A stretch of 64,000 nucleotides of DNA from IMG/VR virus record IMGVR_UViG_3300025778_000009; one strand, 5' to 3'. The position numbers and the translations under genes were made by a program. The DNA comes from a virus (Duplodnaviria; Heunggongvirae; Uroviricota; Caudoviricetes). The notes under the pieces are model-generated. The model was not told the origin of the DNA and searched no databases. It was given only the letters and a program-made list of their open reading frames with translations. Below are positions 1-10,568 of this stretch, piece by piece. The first letter of the stretch is position 1. Every line of letters starts with the position of its first letter.

Positions 1-1
1 T

Positions 2-910
2 AATATTCAAATCAGTCCAGTTAATTCAGCTAATGGTCAAGTATTAGTATCTAATGGCTCAGCTGTATTTTGGACCAGTAATGTTTCTATTACAGCTAAT
101 AATTTAACTACAGTTACTAATTTAATAAGTCTCACATCAAATGTGTTAATAGCTAATACAATTACAACAAACGTGTTTATATCAAATACGATTACAACTA
201 ATACGATTACAACAAACTCTATAACAACTAATACTATAAGTTCTAACAGTATTATTTTATCTTCTGGTGGGTCTTCTTTTGCACCGTTGCTATTTACATC
301 AGGAACCAATTTAAGTATTCCAGCTGCTGGTTCTATTGAGTATGATGGTAACGAAATGTATTTCACACCTAGAGGAACACAAAGAGGTGTTATTCCAAGT
401 GCGCAGTATTATCAATTAAACACAGGCTTCCCTGGATTAAACGCTACCGGTGCACAAAATACATATGGAGTCGGGGTTACTCTTTCTTCTAATACAACAT
501 ATGCATTTGAAGCTTTATTTGCAATGAATAAACCTTTGGGTGCAACATCTCATACAATTTCACTTGGATTTGGTGGAACAGCCAATAACTATAGTATTTT
601 ATATGTTGGTACATATGAGTTTCTAGCTTCAGCTTATACGTCAGGTTATACAACAACATTAGGTAATTTTACTTCTAATACATCCTCTCTAGTTGTTGTG
701 ACAGGTGCTATTGCTTCAGCTGCATATTCTCTTTCATTTTGGTTAAAAGGTACTGTTAATATTAATAACGGCGGAACATTTATCCCACAATATGCTCTTT
801 CTGCTGCGCCCGGTAACCAACCAGCTTATACTACTTTACCTGGTAGTTATTTTTCAATATATCCAATTGGAACCAGCACAGCTAATATTTCAATAGGAAC
901 ATGGGCTTAA
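2..910 (+). CDS. Tail fibre / virion structural protein, C-terminal part (5'-truncated by window)
   Basis: Frame 2 is open from base 2 (NIQISPVNSANGQVLVSNGSAVFW...), so the track start at 143 is internal; GQVLxSNG..W fibre motif, TTN(T/S)I pentapeptide repeats, Ser/Thr/Gly/Asn-rich. Confidence 0.65.
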   Translation, partial: NIQISPVNSANGQVLVSNGSAVFWTSNVSITANNLTTVTNLISLTSNVLIANTITTNVFISNTITTNTITTNSITTNTISSNSIILSSGGSSFAPLLFTSGTNLSIPAAGSIEYDGNEMYFTPRGTQRGVIPSAQYYQLNTGFPGLNATGAQNTYGVGVTLSSNTTYAFEALFAMNKPLGATSHTISLGFGGTANNYSILYVGTYEFLASAYTSGYTTTLGNFTSNTSSLVVVTGAIASAAYSLSFWLKGTVNINNGGTFIPQYALSAAPGNQPAYTTLPGSYFSIYPIGTSTANISIGTWA

Positions 911-913
911 CAA

Positions 914-1408
914 ATGGCAACTAATTTTCCAGCAAATCCTACAGCAGGTCTTACATACACTAACGGTATTAAAACATGGACATATACTGGTGCTTTTTGG
1001 CAGGCTAACAACTCTTCAACATTAGGTATTGTAAATTTTGATTTTGATGATATATCTAACTATACTGATGGTTACAAAAACACATTTATACTTAAATATA
1101 ATCAAAATACATATCCAGTTGGAAGTTCAGCTAGCCTACAAGTAACAATTAACGGTATAGATCAGAGATCTTTTAACTATGCAACAGATACGTTTTGGAT
1201 GTCAAATGTGCTATTTGCCAATAAAGGATTTACTGTTGTAACTTCTAATACAATGGTAGATAGAAACACATTTGCAACCGGAGTATTGAAATTTGCAGAA
1301 TCTGTTCCTATGAATTCCGATGTTTACATTAAATATACTGGGGGAATACCTTCAAATACACCTAAAGTGTATCCTTTTAAACCTGTTGATATTGTAATGG
1401 GTATTTAA
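914..1408 (+). CDS. Hypothetical virion-associated protein
   Basis: 164 aa ORF 3 nt after previous stop; N-terminus MATNFPANPTAGLTYTNGIKTWTY is typical of phage fibre-associated modules. Confidence 0.5.
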   Translation: MATNFPANPTAGLTYTNGIKTWTYTGAFWQANNSSTLGIVNFDFDDISNYTDGYKNTFILKYNQNTYPVGSSASLQVTINGIDQRSFNYATDTFWMSNVLFANKGFTVVTSNTMVDRNTFATGVLKFAESVPMNSDVYIKYTGGIPSNTPKVYPFKPVDIVMGI

Positions 1409-1415
1409 TTAGTTT

Positions 1416-1423
1416 TATAAATA
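1416..1423 (+). promoter_or_regulatory. T4-type late promoter TATAAATA
   Basis: Exact TATAAATA in the intergenic gap upstream of the 1458 structural cluster. Confidence 0.75.
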
Positions 1424-1457
1424 GAAGACAAATTATTATTATTTTAGGGAATGAAAA

Positions 1458-4400
1458 ATGGCTAGAAAAGCAATTTTAGATACTTATTATACCTTCAATC
1501 CAGCAACAAGAACTATTGTTGTTCCTAGAGCAATTCAAAGAGAACGTATTGCTCTTATTACTGATGTTACAACAAACCAGGTATTGTATAACTTTTCAGA
1601 TAGTACATTAACATTCTCTTCTTATACTGTTGCAACATCTGCAGATGGAACCACAACTACAACAACAATGGTGTTAAACTACAATACAACAAACCTTTCT
1701 GCTACAGATAAAATTCAAATTATCGTAGATGAATATGATGAAAAATTTACTCCATCAGAAACATATATTGACGCTGCTGATAAATTGCGCGTTGGAACAC
1801 CTCAGTCTCTAATTGATACTGACTTTGAATATTCAACCCAGTCTACAAAATGGGAAGCTCTTTCTCTTGTTAATAACAGAGGTTTTGCATCATTTAACCC
1901 TGCCGTTAACCAGCTTACATTTTCTGATATTACCGGTACACCAGGTTCAAGATCTTATTTTGTAACTACAACCGTACCACAAACAAACGGTACACCTATC
2001 GTTATTACAGATTCTTTCTTTACTGGTGCTGATGGTCTTTATGTAGTAGATAGTTCAAACTCAACTGGATTCTCTTATACAGGTAAGTTTGCATATACAG
2101 GTACATCTGTTACTTCTCTTAATAACAGCGGTACAACAAATATGTATAACACATCATATTTGTCATACACTAACATTCCATTAGCTTTAGTTACTAACGC
2201 TGCACCATCAAGTAACCAAGTATTAATTACTACATCTCAAAACCATGGTTTAGCTGTTGGTAATGAAGTAGCTCTTTTAGGTACTACACAAGCATCTGGT
2301 CCTAATACAATTAATGGTTCATGGATCGTAGCAACAGTACCTAATACTTCTTCTTTCTATACTTACACTAACCAGTTAGTAGGTGGTACGGTATCTATTT
2401 CAAGTACGCAAACAGGTACTCTAGTAAGTAACTCATTTGCTATCACTTTAGCAGGTACAACTGCAAACTTAGCAGTCGGTATGGTAGTTACTGGTACTGG
2501 TATCCCATCAGCTCCTCCAACAATTATTACTTCTGTTGCCAATACAACAGTAATTAATATCAGCCAGGTTCCTACTGCAACTGGTGCTCAAACACTTACA
2601 TTTAACGCAGCACTATATGTAAGACCGCAAGGTATGTCAGTTCATAGACCGTTTGATGGCGGTTTGAGATTTAGTGTTAATTCACCATCCCATAATGGTC
2701 AAATGGTTCGTCAGACTCGCCGTGCTTTCCGTTATCAATCAGGTAAAGCTATTCAAGTATCTACTGGAACACTTCTAAAACCTAACCTTCAAATTGATTC
2801 TTTGACAAGTGTTGGTAATACTGCAACAGTTATAACTAAAGATGCACACAACCTAACACAAGGTACATATATCAGCATTACAAACGCTTCATATGCTAAC
2901 GGTTCTTTAGATCCAAATTATAATACTTCTAACTCAGTAGTTACAGCAGTATTATCACCATATGCATTTACATACACTACAAATGGTACACCAGTTTCAA
3001 CTACTGCATATGGTACATATACTGGCTCAGTAGTTAACTGGTATGGTGGGTCAACTCGTGTAGGTATTTTTGATAACCAAAACGGCATGTTCTTTGAATA
3101 TGATGGACAAACAGTAAATGCAGTAAGAAGACATTCAACCTACCGTCTTTCTGGTGAAGCATTCATTCAACAAGGGAACAACGTTGTAGTTTCAAACAAC
3201 ACAATTACAAACACAAACTGGACTAACCAATTAGTAGCTGGTGATTATATTGTAATTAAAGGTCAATCTTATCGTGTATTGACTATTGCCAATAGTTCTT
3301 ATATGACTATTAATCCATCATATCGTGGTCCTACAATTAACTCTGCACAGATAAACAAGACTATTGATATACGTATTCCTCAATCACAATGGAATATAGA
3401 CCGTATGGATGGTACAGGTCCATCTGGTGGTAACTTAGACTTCTCTAAGATGCAAATGTTCTATATCGATTATTCTTGGTATGGTGCCGGATTTATCCGT
3501 TATGGTTTAAGAACTGCTGATGGTAATATTCAGTATGTTCATAAGTATTTGAATAACAATACTAACTATCAAGCGTATATGAGATCAGGTAACTTACCAG
3601 GTCGTTATGAAACTAATACATTTGGTAAAACAACTTATCTAGCAGCTAACGTGTTACCTGGTTCTACTTCATTCCAGGTAGCTAACGGTGCAGGTTTCCC
3701 ACCTTCTGGCACTGTTATAATGAGATCAGCATTAGGTGACATTCAAGAATATATAAGCTATTCAGCAGTTTCTGGTAACACATTTACTATTCAAAATCGT
3801 GGATTACAAGGTAACTCTGCTATTTCATTAACACTAGCAAACAACAGCCCTACAGTTACTATCTCATCAAACTCAGGTCTACAAGTAGGACAGTTCATAT
3901 TTGCACCTGGTGTTCCACCTTCAACATCTATTGCTTCTTTAGGTGCAACATCACTTAATATGTCCCAAGGTGCTATTTACACCGGAACAGTAACTGGTAT
4001 TATTGCACCTCTTGGTTTAACTGCTGCACAAACATTTATTGCTAACAGTGCAGCGCCAGTAGTGGTAGAAACACATGCTCCTCAATATGCGTCAGAAATA
4101 TCTCACTGGGGTACTTCTGCTATTATGGACGGCGGGTTTACTGCAGATAAAGCGTTTATCTTCCAGAGAGCTATGTCAACACCAGTAACAATTCCTGTCG
4201 GCAATACATACGCTCTTATGAGTATGAGAGTAGCACCTTCTGCATCAGGTTCAGCACCAGGAGCAACTATTGGCTCTCGTGAAATTTTAAACAGAATGCA
4301 GATGATTTTAAATACAATGGATATTTACGGTGCTTATCCAACATATATTCAAATCTTCCTTAATGCTCAGCTATCTGCAAATGCTGCAGGTTGGCAGAAC

Positions 4401-4706
4401 GTTGGTGGTTCAAGTCTAGCGCAATATATCTTCCATAACTCTACCAATCCAGTTACTATATCTGGTGGTGAAGTTATTTACGCAACGTATCTAAACACTG
4501 TGGGTGGTACTAACTTGACAACAACTACCGTTGACTTAACTCAGGTTCGTGACTTGGGCAACTCAGTTCTTGGTGGTGGTTATACTGCATCTCAAATTGG
4601 CGTGTATCCAGATGGTCCTGACACTATTACTGTTGTGGGTACTAATTTGTTTACATCACCAGCCAACACATATGTTCGTTTAGCTTGGACAGAAGCTCAA
4701 GCATAA
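1458..4706 (+). CDS. Large virion structural / fibre protein (1082 aa)
   Basis: Long beta-rich T/S/G/N protein after a late promoter; N-terminus MARKAILDTYYTFNP...LITDVTTNQVLYNFSD resembles a family recurring in aquatic T4-like phages (recollection, not searched). Confidence 0.65.
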   Translation: MARKAILDTYYTFNPATRTIVVPRAIQRERIALITDVTTNQVLYNFSDSTLTFSSYTVATSADGTTTTTTMVLNYNTTNLSATDKIQIIVDEYDEKFTPSETYIDAADKLRVGTPQSLIDTDFEYSTQSTKWEALSLVNNRGFASFNPAVNQLTFSDITGTPGSRSYFVTTTVPQTNGTPIVITDSFFTGADGLYVVDSSNSTGFSYTGKFAYTGTSVTSLNNSGTTNMYNTSYLSYTNIPLALVTNAAPSSNQVLITTSQNHGLAVGNEVALLGTTQASGPNTINGSWIVATVPNTSSFYTYTNQLVGGTVSISSTQTGTLVSNSFAITLAGTTANLAVGMVVTGTGIPSAPPTIITSVANTTVINISQVPTATGAQTLTFNAALYVRPQGMSVHRPFDGGLRFSVNSPSHNGQMVRQTRRAFRYQSGKAIQVSTGTLLKPNLQIDSLTSVGNTATVITKDAHNLTQGTYISITNASYANGSLDPNYNTSNSVVTAVLSPYAFTYTTNGTPVSTTAYGTYTGSVVNWYGGSTRVGIFDNQNGMFFEYDGQTVNAVRRHSTYRLSGEAFIQQGNNVVVSNNTITNTNWTNQLVAGDYIVIKGQSYRVLTIANSSYMTINPSYRGPTINSAQINKTIDIRIPQSQWNIDRMDGTGPSGGNLDFSKMQMFYIDYSWYGAGFIRYGLRTADGNIQYVHKYLNNNTNYQAYMRSGNLPGRYETNTFGKTTYLAANVLPGSTSFQVANGAGFPPSGTVIMRSALGDIQEYISYSAVSGNTFTIQNRGLQGNSAISLTLANNSPTVTISSNSGLQVGQFIFAPGVPPSTSIASLGATSLNMSQGAIYTGTVTGIIAPLGLTAAQTFIANSAAPVVVETHAPQYASEISHWGTSAIMDGGFTADKAFIFQRAMSTPVTIPVGNTYALMSMRVAPSASGSAPGATIGSREILNRMQMILNTMDIYGAYPTYIQIFLNAQLSANAAGWQNVGGSSLAQYIFHNSTNPVTISGGEVIYATYLNTVGGTNLTTTTVDLTQVRDLGNSVLGGGYTASQIGVYPDGPDTITVVGTNLFTSPANTYVRLAWTEAQA

Positions 4707-4718
4707 GAGGTTTCTAAT

Positions 4719-5264
4719 ATGCTGAGCAAAAGTTCGATACCTGTATTACCTGCAGTAAATGACAATATAAATTATAATTTAGGAATGCAACCAGCTTCAC
4801 AGATTCAAGCTGGTTCTCCTCCTACAGATTATTTGTATGCTAGCCCAAATTTAACTTTTAATCCAGTTAATAACACTCTAGTAGTAAATTCTGCTATTGT
4901 TTTTAATAATACAGTTTCATACGGATATTCTCCTGGATACTTGTCAGCGTTATACTTTCAAATGAGCCAAGCAGGTGTTTTATACCCCTTTACTGGTACT
5001 AGTAGATGGTATGCACCTCGCAACCTAAGTATTAGTGCAGTTACTGCAAGAGTAGGTACAGCACCGACAGGTAATGCTATTGCAATTGCAATAAAAATAA
5101 ACGGTAGTACAGTTAATACTCTTACAATACCAATTGCTGGGCTAACTGCAGGTTTTACTGCAACTATAAATATGTCTGCAGGGGATTATATGACTATAGA
5201 TATTGTTACTGTAGGATCAATTACTGCTGGTTCAGATTTAAATGTAACATTTACATACAACTAA
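4719..5264 (+). CDS. Putative fibre-associated structural protein
   Basis: 181 aa, SD GAGG upstream; C-terminal beta-sandwich-like segment APTGNAIAIAIKING...AGDYMTIDIVTVGS. Confidence 0.5.
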   Translation: MLSKSSIPVLPAVNDNINYNLGMQPASQIQAGSPPTDYLYASPNLTFNPVNNTLVVNSAIVFNNTVSYGYSPGYLSALYFQMSQAGVLYPFTGTSRWYAPRNLSISAVTARVGTAPTGNAIAIAIKINGSTVNTLTIPIAGLTAGFTATINMSAGDYMTIDIVTVGSITAGSDLNVTFTYN

Positions 5265-5282
5265 TAATTTTAAGGATTTACA

Positions 5283-6428
5283 ATGTACGTAAGGTATGAA
5301 TTAAACACAGGAAATATTGCTAATAATAAGTATAATTTAAATTTAGTTTTAACTGATTTATCTAAAATTATGACTGGTAATATTACCTCAACCTCACAGT
5401 TTACATCTAACGTATGTAATATTTCTGCATCTGAATTTTATGGCTCTATTAATAACACGGTTTATCCTAGTGCAAACGTTGCATTAAATGCTAATGCCGG
5501 CACCGGTGATAGCACTCTTATTTTTCAAAAAAATGCGTATGCTGCTAACAGCACTTTTTCTCCATCTCAAAAATTTCAATTATATTGGGATACTGCAACT
5601 TACGGTATAAGAACAAGAATTGCAAACGGTGCTAATACAAACCTTTCGCCTCTATCAGATATTGGTCAAGGACAACAAGTATCATCAAATTACAACAATA
5701 TTACAACTCCTGGTGGTGCAGTTGCATCCTGGGCAAATACAGTTAATAGAATACTGATGTATGTTAGTGATTATTATTTTGCTATGACTATTGTTACATC
5801 AGGCTCTTATGCTACCACTAGTGCTATATTTGATTGGGAAATTTCCTCTGCTGATACATACGCTTATTCAGTAAACAATCTATGTTATCCTGGAATAAGA
5901 TATTTTAATTGCTCAACAGGATATGGTACAATAGGGAGCCCTGGAGGTGCAGATTATTTTGGTTTATTCCAAAGTGAATATATGAATTCTTCATTTAACG
6001 TTATTACCGGACAATCAGGTGAAACTGGTCCATATAATGCTAATGCTTTCTTTGGTACTGCATATGCATCTGGTGGTTCTGTTGGTGTACCTTATGCAAC
6101 TTTATACCCTAATCCATCCTGGGCTATTGGAAGGTTGCCTTCATCTGGTATAAATTCATTAAACACATTTACACCAGTATATTTAGTACCTAACATGAAT
6201 TATTATAGGTATAATACTGGAACTACAAAAGAATTAGCTATGAGAGCTAAATTTCCTAACTTATATAGAACTTCTGATAATATAGGATCTCCAGGTGATA
6301 CATTAAATTATGGTGGTGTAGATTATATGGTACTTGTATTACATAAGACTGGCGGTGTATCTATAAATGATGCATATAATTCGTTAAATGCTTGTTATTT
6401 AGTGCCTAAATTAATTAACGGAAAGTAA
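5283..6428 (+). CDS. Putative receptor-binding / structural protein
   Basis: 381 aa, SD AAGGA; Tyr/Asn/Ser/Gly-rich, in late structural cluster. Confidence 0.45.
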   Translation: MYVRYELNTGNIANNKYNLNLVLTDLSKIMTGNITSTSQFTSNVCNISASEFYGSINNTVYPSANVALNANAGTGDSTLIFQKNAYAANSTFSPSQKFQLYWDTATYGIRTRIANGANTNLSPLSDIGQGQQVSSNYNNITTPGGAVASWANTVNRILMYVSDYYFAMTIVTSGSYATTSAIFDWEISSADTYAYSVNNLCYPGIRYFNCSTGYGTIGSPGGADYFGLFQSEYMNSSFNVITGQSGETGPYNANAFFGTAYASGGSVGVPYATLYPNPSWAIGRLPSSGINSLNTFTPVYLVPNMNYYRYNTGTTKELAMRAKFPNLYRTSDNIGSPGDTLNYGGVDYMVLVLHKTGGVSINDAYNSLNACYLVPKLINGK

Positions 6429-6433
6429 TAAAA

Positions 6434-7522
6434 ATGTTTGCAAGATTTACATGTTTATCAAATGACGTTAGAGGTTTATATAATGCAATCTATGCAACAG
6501 CAACAGCAAATGCTGGATTTACACCAGTATTGCCAGCAGGGTGTTCTCAGTATACCGTAATTAATAATGCTGAAGCCGGTGGATGGACATTAGATGCACG
6601 CACTAACTTGCCTGCATCTGCAACTTATGCAACTGGTCAGTATATGACATTAACTGCACCAGTTCCTAAAACTAGTACTTCAGATTATGGTACGTACAAA
6701 AAAGCTCTTCAATTAGTAACTACTAGTGCTACCAATAATGCTGGTGACGCTATAATGTTCCAGGGCGTAGTACTATATCAAAATAACTTTGTTCAGTTTA
6801 TGCCAACATCACCAGCTAATACTGGTTCACAAGGTGTTCAGTCGTTTGATTACTTTCCTTCTGGAATTTATACGCCTGATGTTGGTGTGTGGTATATTTC
6901 TTGTACTTCTCAATATATTGTATTAGCGCATGTTGACGTCACTACAGCACTAGACAATGAAGGCGGTAAATTCTTAGTTTTTAGTGATCTTTCACAAGGT
7001 GCAGCATATGATTACGATCCTGGAAATCCACATTTCCCTGCAGCATTTGTAGCAGGGTCTAATTGTAGAAACACTACATATAATGCCTCTGGATATGCAG
7101 ACAAATATCAATATAGACTATTTAGAAATGGCAGCGTTACACAATCATTAGGACCATTAGTAGGACCTAATACATACTGGGGCCCATTGAATGAAAATAA
7201 TGATACAGATATAATACATAACTCACCATATTATGGTGATAATACTGCAGAATGGACTAGCTATAATATGCAGCCGGATAAACATAATAATTTAAGACCT
7301 ACATTAGCTGATTTTGCATTTTGGCATCCATTGAAAAATCAACCTATGAGAAAATTATACGGTATCAGACATGTAGGATTGAGATCATATCCTCAATGGA
7401 ATGACTCGTACTTACAAGCCTCACCTTATGGTAATCAAATTGTATATGACGATGATGGTATTCCGTGGTTTATTGTAAGAACAGGATGGAATAGCAACTT
7501 TAAAGCGATAAGAGCTAGATAA
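6434..7522 (+). CDS. Putative receptor-binding / structural protein
   Basis: 362 aa, tightly coupled to previous gene, similar aromatic-rich composition. Confidence 0.45.
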   Translation: MFARFTCLSNDVRGLYNAIYATATANAGFTPVLPAGCSQYTVINNAEAGGWTLDARTNLPASATYATGQYMTLTAPVPKTSTSDYGTYKKALQLVTTSATNNAGDAIMFQGVVLYQNNFVQFMPTSPANTGSQGVQSFDYFPSGIYTPDVGVWYISCTSQYIVLAHVDVTTALDNEGGKFLVFSDLSQGAAYDYDPGNPHFPAAFVAGSNCRNTTYNASGYADKYQYRLFRNGSVTQSLGPLVGPNTYWGPLNENNDTDIIHNSPYYGDNTAEWTSYNMQPDKHNNLRPTLADFAFWHPLKNQPMRKLYGIRHVGLRSYPQWNDSYLQASPYGNQIVYDDDGIPWFIVRTGWNSNFKAIRAR

Positions 7523-7524
7523 TA

Positions 7525-7812
7525 ATGGTTACATTAATAAGTAATTCTGCATTGTTTATTTCTAGTACAACTAATTCTAATGCTAGTTTTTCAGCAGTTA
7601 CTTATGCATATAATATTTTAGATGAATATAATGCCGGTAATAACACAGGTAAAATTGCTACTACCGCTCCTCCTAATAATATTTTAGTAGACGGTAAATT
7701 TTTCTCTAATGCATCAATTTTAGTACCATTAAATAGTAATTTTAATGTTAAATTTATGTCGCAAACTAATGAAATATTAGGTGTTAATCAAAAACAAGTA
7801 TGGTCGGGTTAA
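7525..7812 (+). CDS. Hypothetical protein
   Basis: 95 aa ORF filling the gap exactly between neighbours. Confidence 0.5.
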   Translation: MVTLISNSALFISSTTNSNASFSAVTYAYNILDEYNAGNNTGKIATTAPPNNILVDGKFFSNASILVPLNSNFNVKFMSQTNEILGVNQKQVWSG

Positions 7813-7818
7813 TTTATA

Positions 7819-8175
7819 ATGTCACATTTTGCACAAATAGATGATAATAATATTGTTGTTAACGTAATTGTTGCAGAACAAGATTTTATTAATTCTGGTG
7901 CTGTTGGTGACCCTTCCATGTGGATTCAAACTAGCTACAATACATTTGCAGGTATTCATAAAAATGGCGGAGATCCTTTACGTAAAAATTATGCTGGAAT
8001 TGGATACTCATATGATGCACAAAGAGATGCATTTATTTCTCCAAAACCGTTTGAAAGCTGGTTATTAAACGAAGATACATGTCTTTGGGAAGCGCCAACT
8101 CCTTATCCAAATGATGGTAAGACTTATGAGTGGAATGAGCTTGGTCGTGTATGGCAAGAAGTTAATTTGCCATAA
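7819..8175 (+). CDS. Conserved phage protein usually next to fibre genes (possible fibre assembly factor)
   Basis: MSHFAQID...WIQTSYN...LRKNYAGIGYSYDAQRDAFISPKPFESWLLNEDTCLWEAP pattern is a common aquatic-phage family. Confidence 0.6.
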   Translation: MSHFAQIDDNNIVVNVIVAEQDFINSGAVGDPSMWIQTSYNTFAGIHKNGGDPLRKNYAGIGYSYDAQRDAFISPKPFESWLLNEDTCLWEAPTPYPNDGKTYEWNELGRVWQEVNLP

Positions 8176-8178
8176 ATA
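8171..8178 (+). promoter_or_regulatory. Late promoter variant CATAAATA
   Basis: One mismatch to TATAAATA, overlaps previous stop codon, upstream of 8204. Confidence 0.5.
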
Positions 8179-8203
8179 CTATATAAACTAATAGGAAAAG
8201 ACC

Positions 8204-10141
8204 ATGCCTGAATTTAATGACGCAGCAGAGCCAGATAAAAAGCCAGAAAAGAAGCCAGCAGCTAAAATGAAAACATCTTCTACTAAAGGAGATGTTATCG
8301 ATAAAGGTAAAACTATTACTGGCTCTAAACCTGATACTATTAATATTAATCCTGAACTACAGCGTAATGAAGCAAGAGCTTTTGCAGAAATTGCAAAGAT
8401 CTATGATAAAGTGGTCGGTGAAAGTATTAATTCTGCAGGTGGTGGTGCTGTAAGAGGTCTTGGATACGTAACAGGAAATCCATTAACCGATCAAGATTCG
8501 GAAAATAATTATATTAATGCTAATATTGCTAATGCAGATACGCATGATAATATATTAAAAGGTATACGTGGCAGTATGCATGATACTTTACATGCTAAAT
8601 TTACAGCTGCAGCAAAAGCAGTAAAAGAAAATTTAGATATTATTAACACTCATAACAGAGAAGTTGGCACTGACTCTTTAACTCAAATCTATAAAGCAAG
8701 TACGCCAGGTCAAGGTGTAAATATGGATTTTGCTTTTAGATTTAAAGATCCAAAAAAAAGTAAAGAAGCGTTTACTCGTTCTGGCCAACCAAGAAAAAAA
8801 ATGGATCTAGTTCCTAGAATGGATCCGGGTAGAAATAGAAGCACAGATAGTGATTTTTACCGTCAACAGTCTATTGTTAAAAAAATAGTAGATGAAACAT
8901 TTAATGAAGCGTTTGGTAAAAGCAGAACACAAGGTAAAGGCTATAAGTCACCTTGGGATAAAATTGAAAAAGCAAAGCCTGGCATTGGTAAAAGAATAGA
9001 TACTGCTGTTGCAGGATTAAAGCAAAATGCTAAAGATTACGAAAATATAGTTAACAAAGAAAAAACTAATGAAGAGTTAGTTTCAGAATTAACTAAAAAA
9101 TTTATGAATAATTTTGTAGCCAAAATGATTGCTTCTCATCCTGAAACAATGAAAATGACTGCCAAAGGGCATAATGTTAAAAGAAAAAAAGCACTAGATT
9201 TAGCAATGGATAAGCTAAATCCTATGTCCGCTATTCATAAACCTAAAGTATTAGCTACCGAAGAAAACCTAGATGAAATTTCTAAAGAGTTAGTTGGTAG
9301 AGTAAATACACTTAGAACATTAGGACCTGATGTTATAAAAGGGATCCCTCCTAAACCACATAAGACAAAGGCTGGATATGAGACTCTAAAAAAAGCTGTA
9401 GATAAGGCTGCAGGTGTAAAGAGAGTATCTACATACACACTACCTAAAGTTACTGAAGATGCTACTACAGAAAAAGACCCGTTTGCTCATCTAGAAAATA
9501 GATTAAACAAAGCAGGTGATGTTTCTCATAATGCTGTTGATAAAATTATGAGAGAAGTAGCTAAAGATTTTAATATGGATGTTCATGATCTTCATGATAA
9601 ATGGGTAAACAAATATAAAATGACTCCTGACCAGTACGTAAAAGAAGATCTTCGTGATTGGTTTAAGGACAAATGGGTTCGTATGGATACCAAAGGCAAT
9701 ATTAAAGGTGATTGCGCAAGAGAACCTGGTGAAGGTAAGCCAAAATGTCTTCCTATTGCCCGAGCACGCTCTATGAGTAAAGATGATCGAGCAGCTGCTG
9801 TACGTAGAAAAAGAAGAGAAGATCCTGTTGCTGACAGATCAGGAAAAGGTAATGCACCTATTAATGTAAGAACAGAAGCAGCTAATCCAGCTCAACAAGC
9901 AGCAATTGCTATTGCTCTTATCAAAGCAGGAAAGAAAAAAGGTAAAATGCCTCCTGCAAGAAAACATACAAACGAAGAAATTGAATATATAGAAGAAAAG
10001 AATAAACCTACTAATCCTTCGCTATGGTTAAGAGCTAAATCTCTTGCTAGACAAAAATTTGATGTATATCCTTCAGCATATGCTAACGGTTGGGCTGCTA
10101 AATGGTATAAGTCAAAAGGTGGCGGTTGGAAAGCAGATTAA
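8204..10141 (+). CDS. Mosaic basic protein, candidate internal head (poly)protein
   Basis: 645 aa Lys-rich; modules (EDLRDWFKDKWVRMD...KPKCLP; NKPTNPSLW...VYPSAYANGWAAKWYKSKGGGWK) separated by xxE-E/D/A motifs. Confidence 0.55.
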   Translation: MPEFNDAAEPDKKPEKKPAAKMKTSSTKGDVIDKGKTITGSKPDTININPELQRNEARAFAEIAKIYDKVVGESINSAGGGAVRGLGYVTGNPLTDQDSENNYINANIANADTHDNILKGIRGSMHDTLHAKFTAAAKAVKENLDIINTHNREVGTDSLTQIYKASTPGQGVNMDFAFRFKDPKKSKEAFTRSGQPRKKMDLVPRMDPGRNRSTDSDFYRQQSIVKKIVDETFNEAFGKSRTQGKGYKSPWDKIEKAKPGIGKRIDTAVAGLKQNAKDYENIVNKEKTNEELVSELTKKFMNNFVAKMIASHPETMKMTAKGHNVKRKKALDLAMDKLNPMSAIHKPKVLATEENLDEISKELVGRVNTLRTLGPDVIKGIPPKPHKTKAGYETLKKAVDKAAGVKRVSTYTLPKVTEDATTEKDPFAHLENRLNKAGDVSHNAVDKIMREVAKDFNMDVHDLHDKWVNKYKMTPDQYVKEDLRDWFKDKWVRMDTKGNIKGDCAREPGEGKPKCLPIARARSMSKDDRAAAVRRKRREDPVADRSGKGNAPINVRTEAANPAQQAAIAIALIKAGKKKGKMPPARKHTNEEIEYIEEKNKPTNPSLWLRAKSLARQKFDVYPSAYANGWAAKWYKSKGGGWKAD

Positions 10142-10163
10142 TTAACAGAGAACGGTAGAAAAA

Positions 10164-10568
10164 ATGAAAACATTTGTTCAATACACTGGATGTTTTATTG
10201 ATGAAGAGTCTGATGTGGAAGGTATAATTGAAGAAAACTTTATTTCTTCTGGTGATGAAAATTACGAAGACTGGGGTGAGTTAAACGAAGAAGCTGAACA
10301 TGGCGGACGTCATGTTAAACTAGGTAAACCTTTCCTTACACCAGGTGGTCCAAAGAAAAGAGCCGTTTACGTTAAAAATGATAAAGGTAATGTAGTAAAA
10401 GTTAACTTTGGTGATCCGCATCTTTCAATTAAGAGAGATCAACCTGCAAGAAGAAAATCTTATAGAGCAAGACATCATTGTGAAACACCAGGACCAAGAT
10501 GGAAAGCTAATTATTGGTCATGTAAATATTGGTCATCAACACCAACATCTACATTGGATAAAGGTTAA
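10164..10568 (+). CDS. Conserved phage protein, candidate internal head protein
   Basis: MKTFVQY N-terminus, acidic leader, then EAEHGGRHVKLGKPF...VYVKNDKGNVVKVNFGDP...RRKSYRARHHC module. Confidence 0.6.
   Translation: MKTFVQYTGCFIDEESDVEGIIEENFISSGDENYEDWGELNEEAEHGGRHVKLGKPFLTPGGPKKRAVYVKNDKGNVVKVNFGDPHLSIKRDQPARRKSYRARHHCETPGPRWKANYWSCKYWSSTPTSTLDKG

Noticed and set aside
37-366. 109-aa minus-strand hydrophobic ORF and similar shadow ORFs (e.g. 9235-9438, 17587-17835, 19894-20142, 37788-37997, 46078-46314, 58382-58711)
   Set aside because: Antisense or alternate-frame overlaps of well-supported genes, produced by biased codon usage
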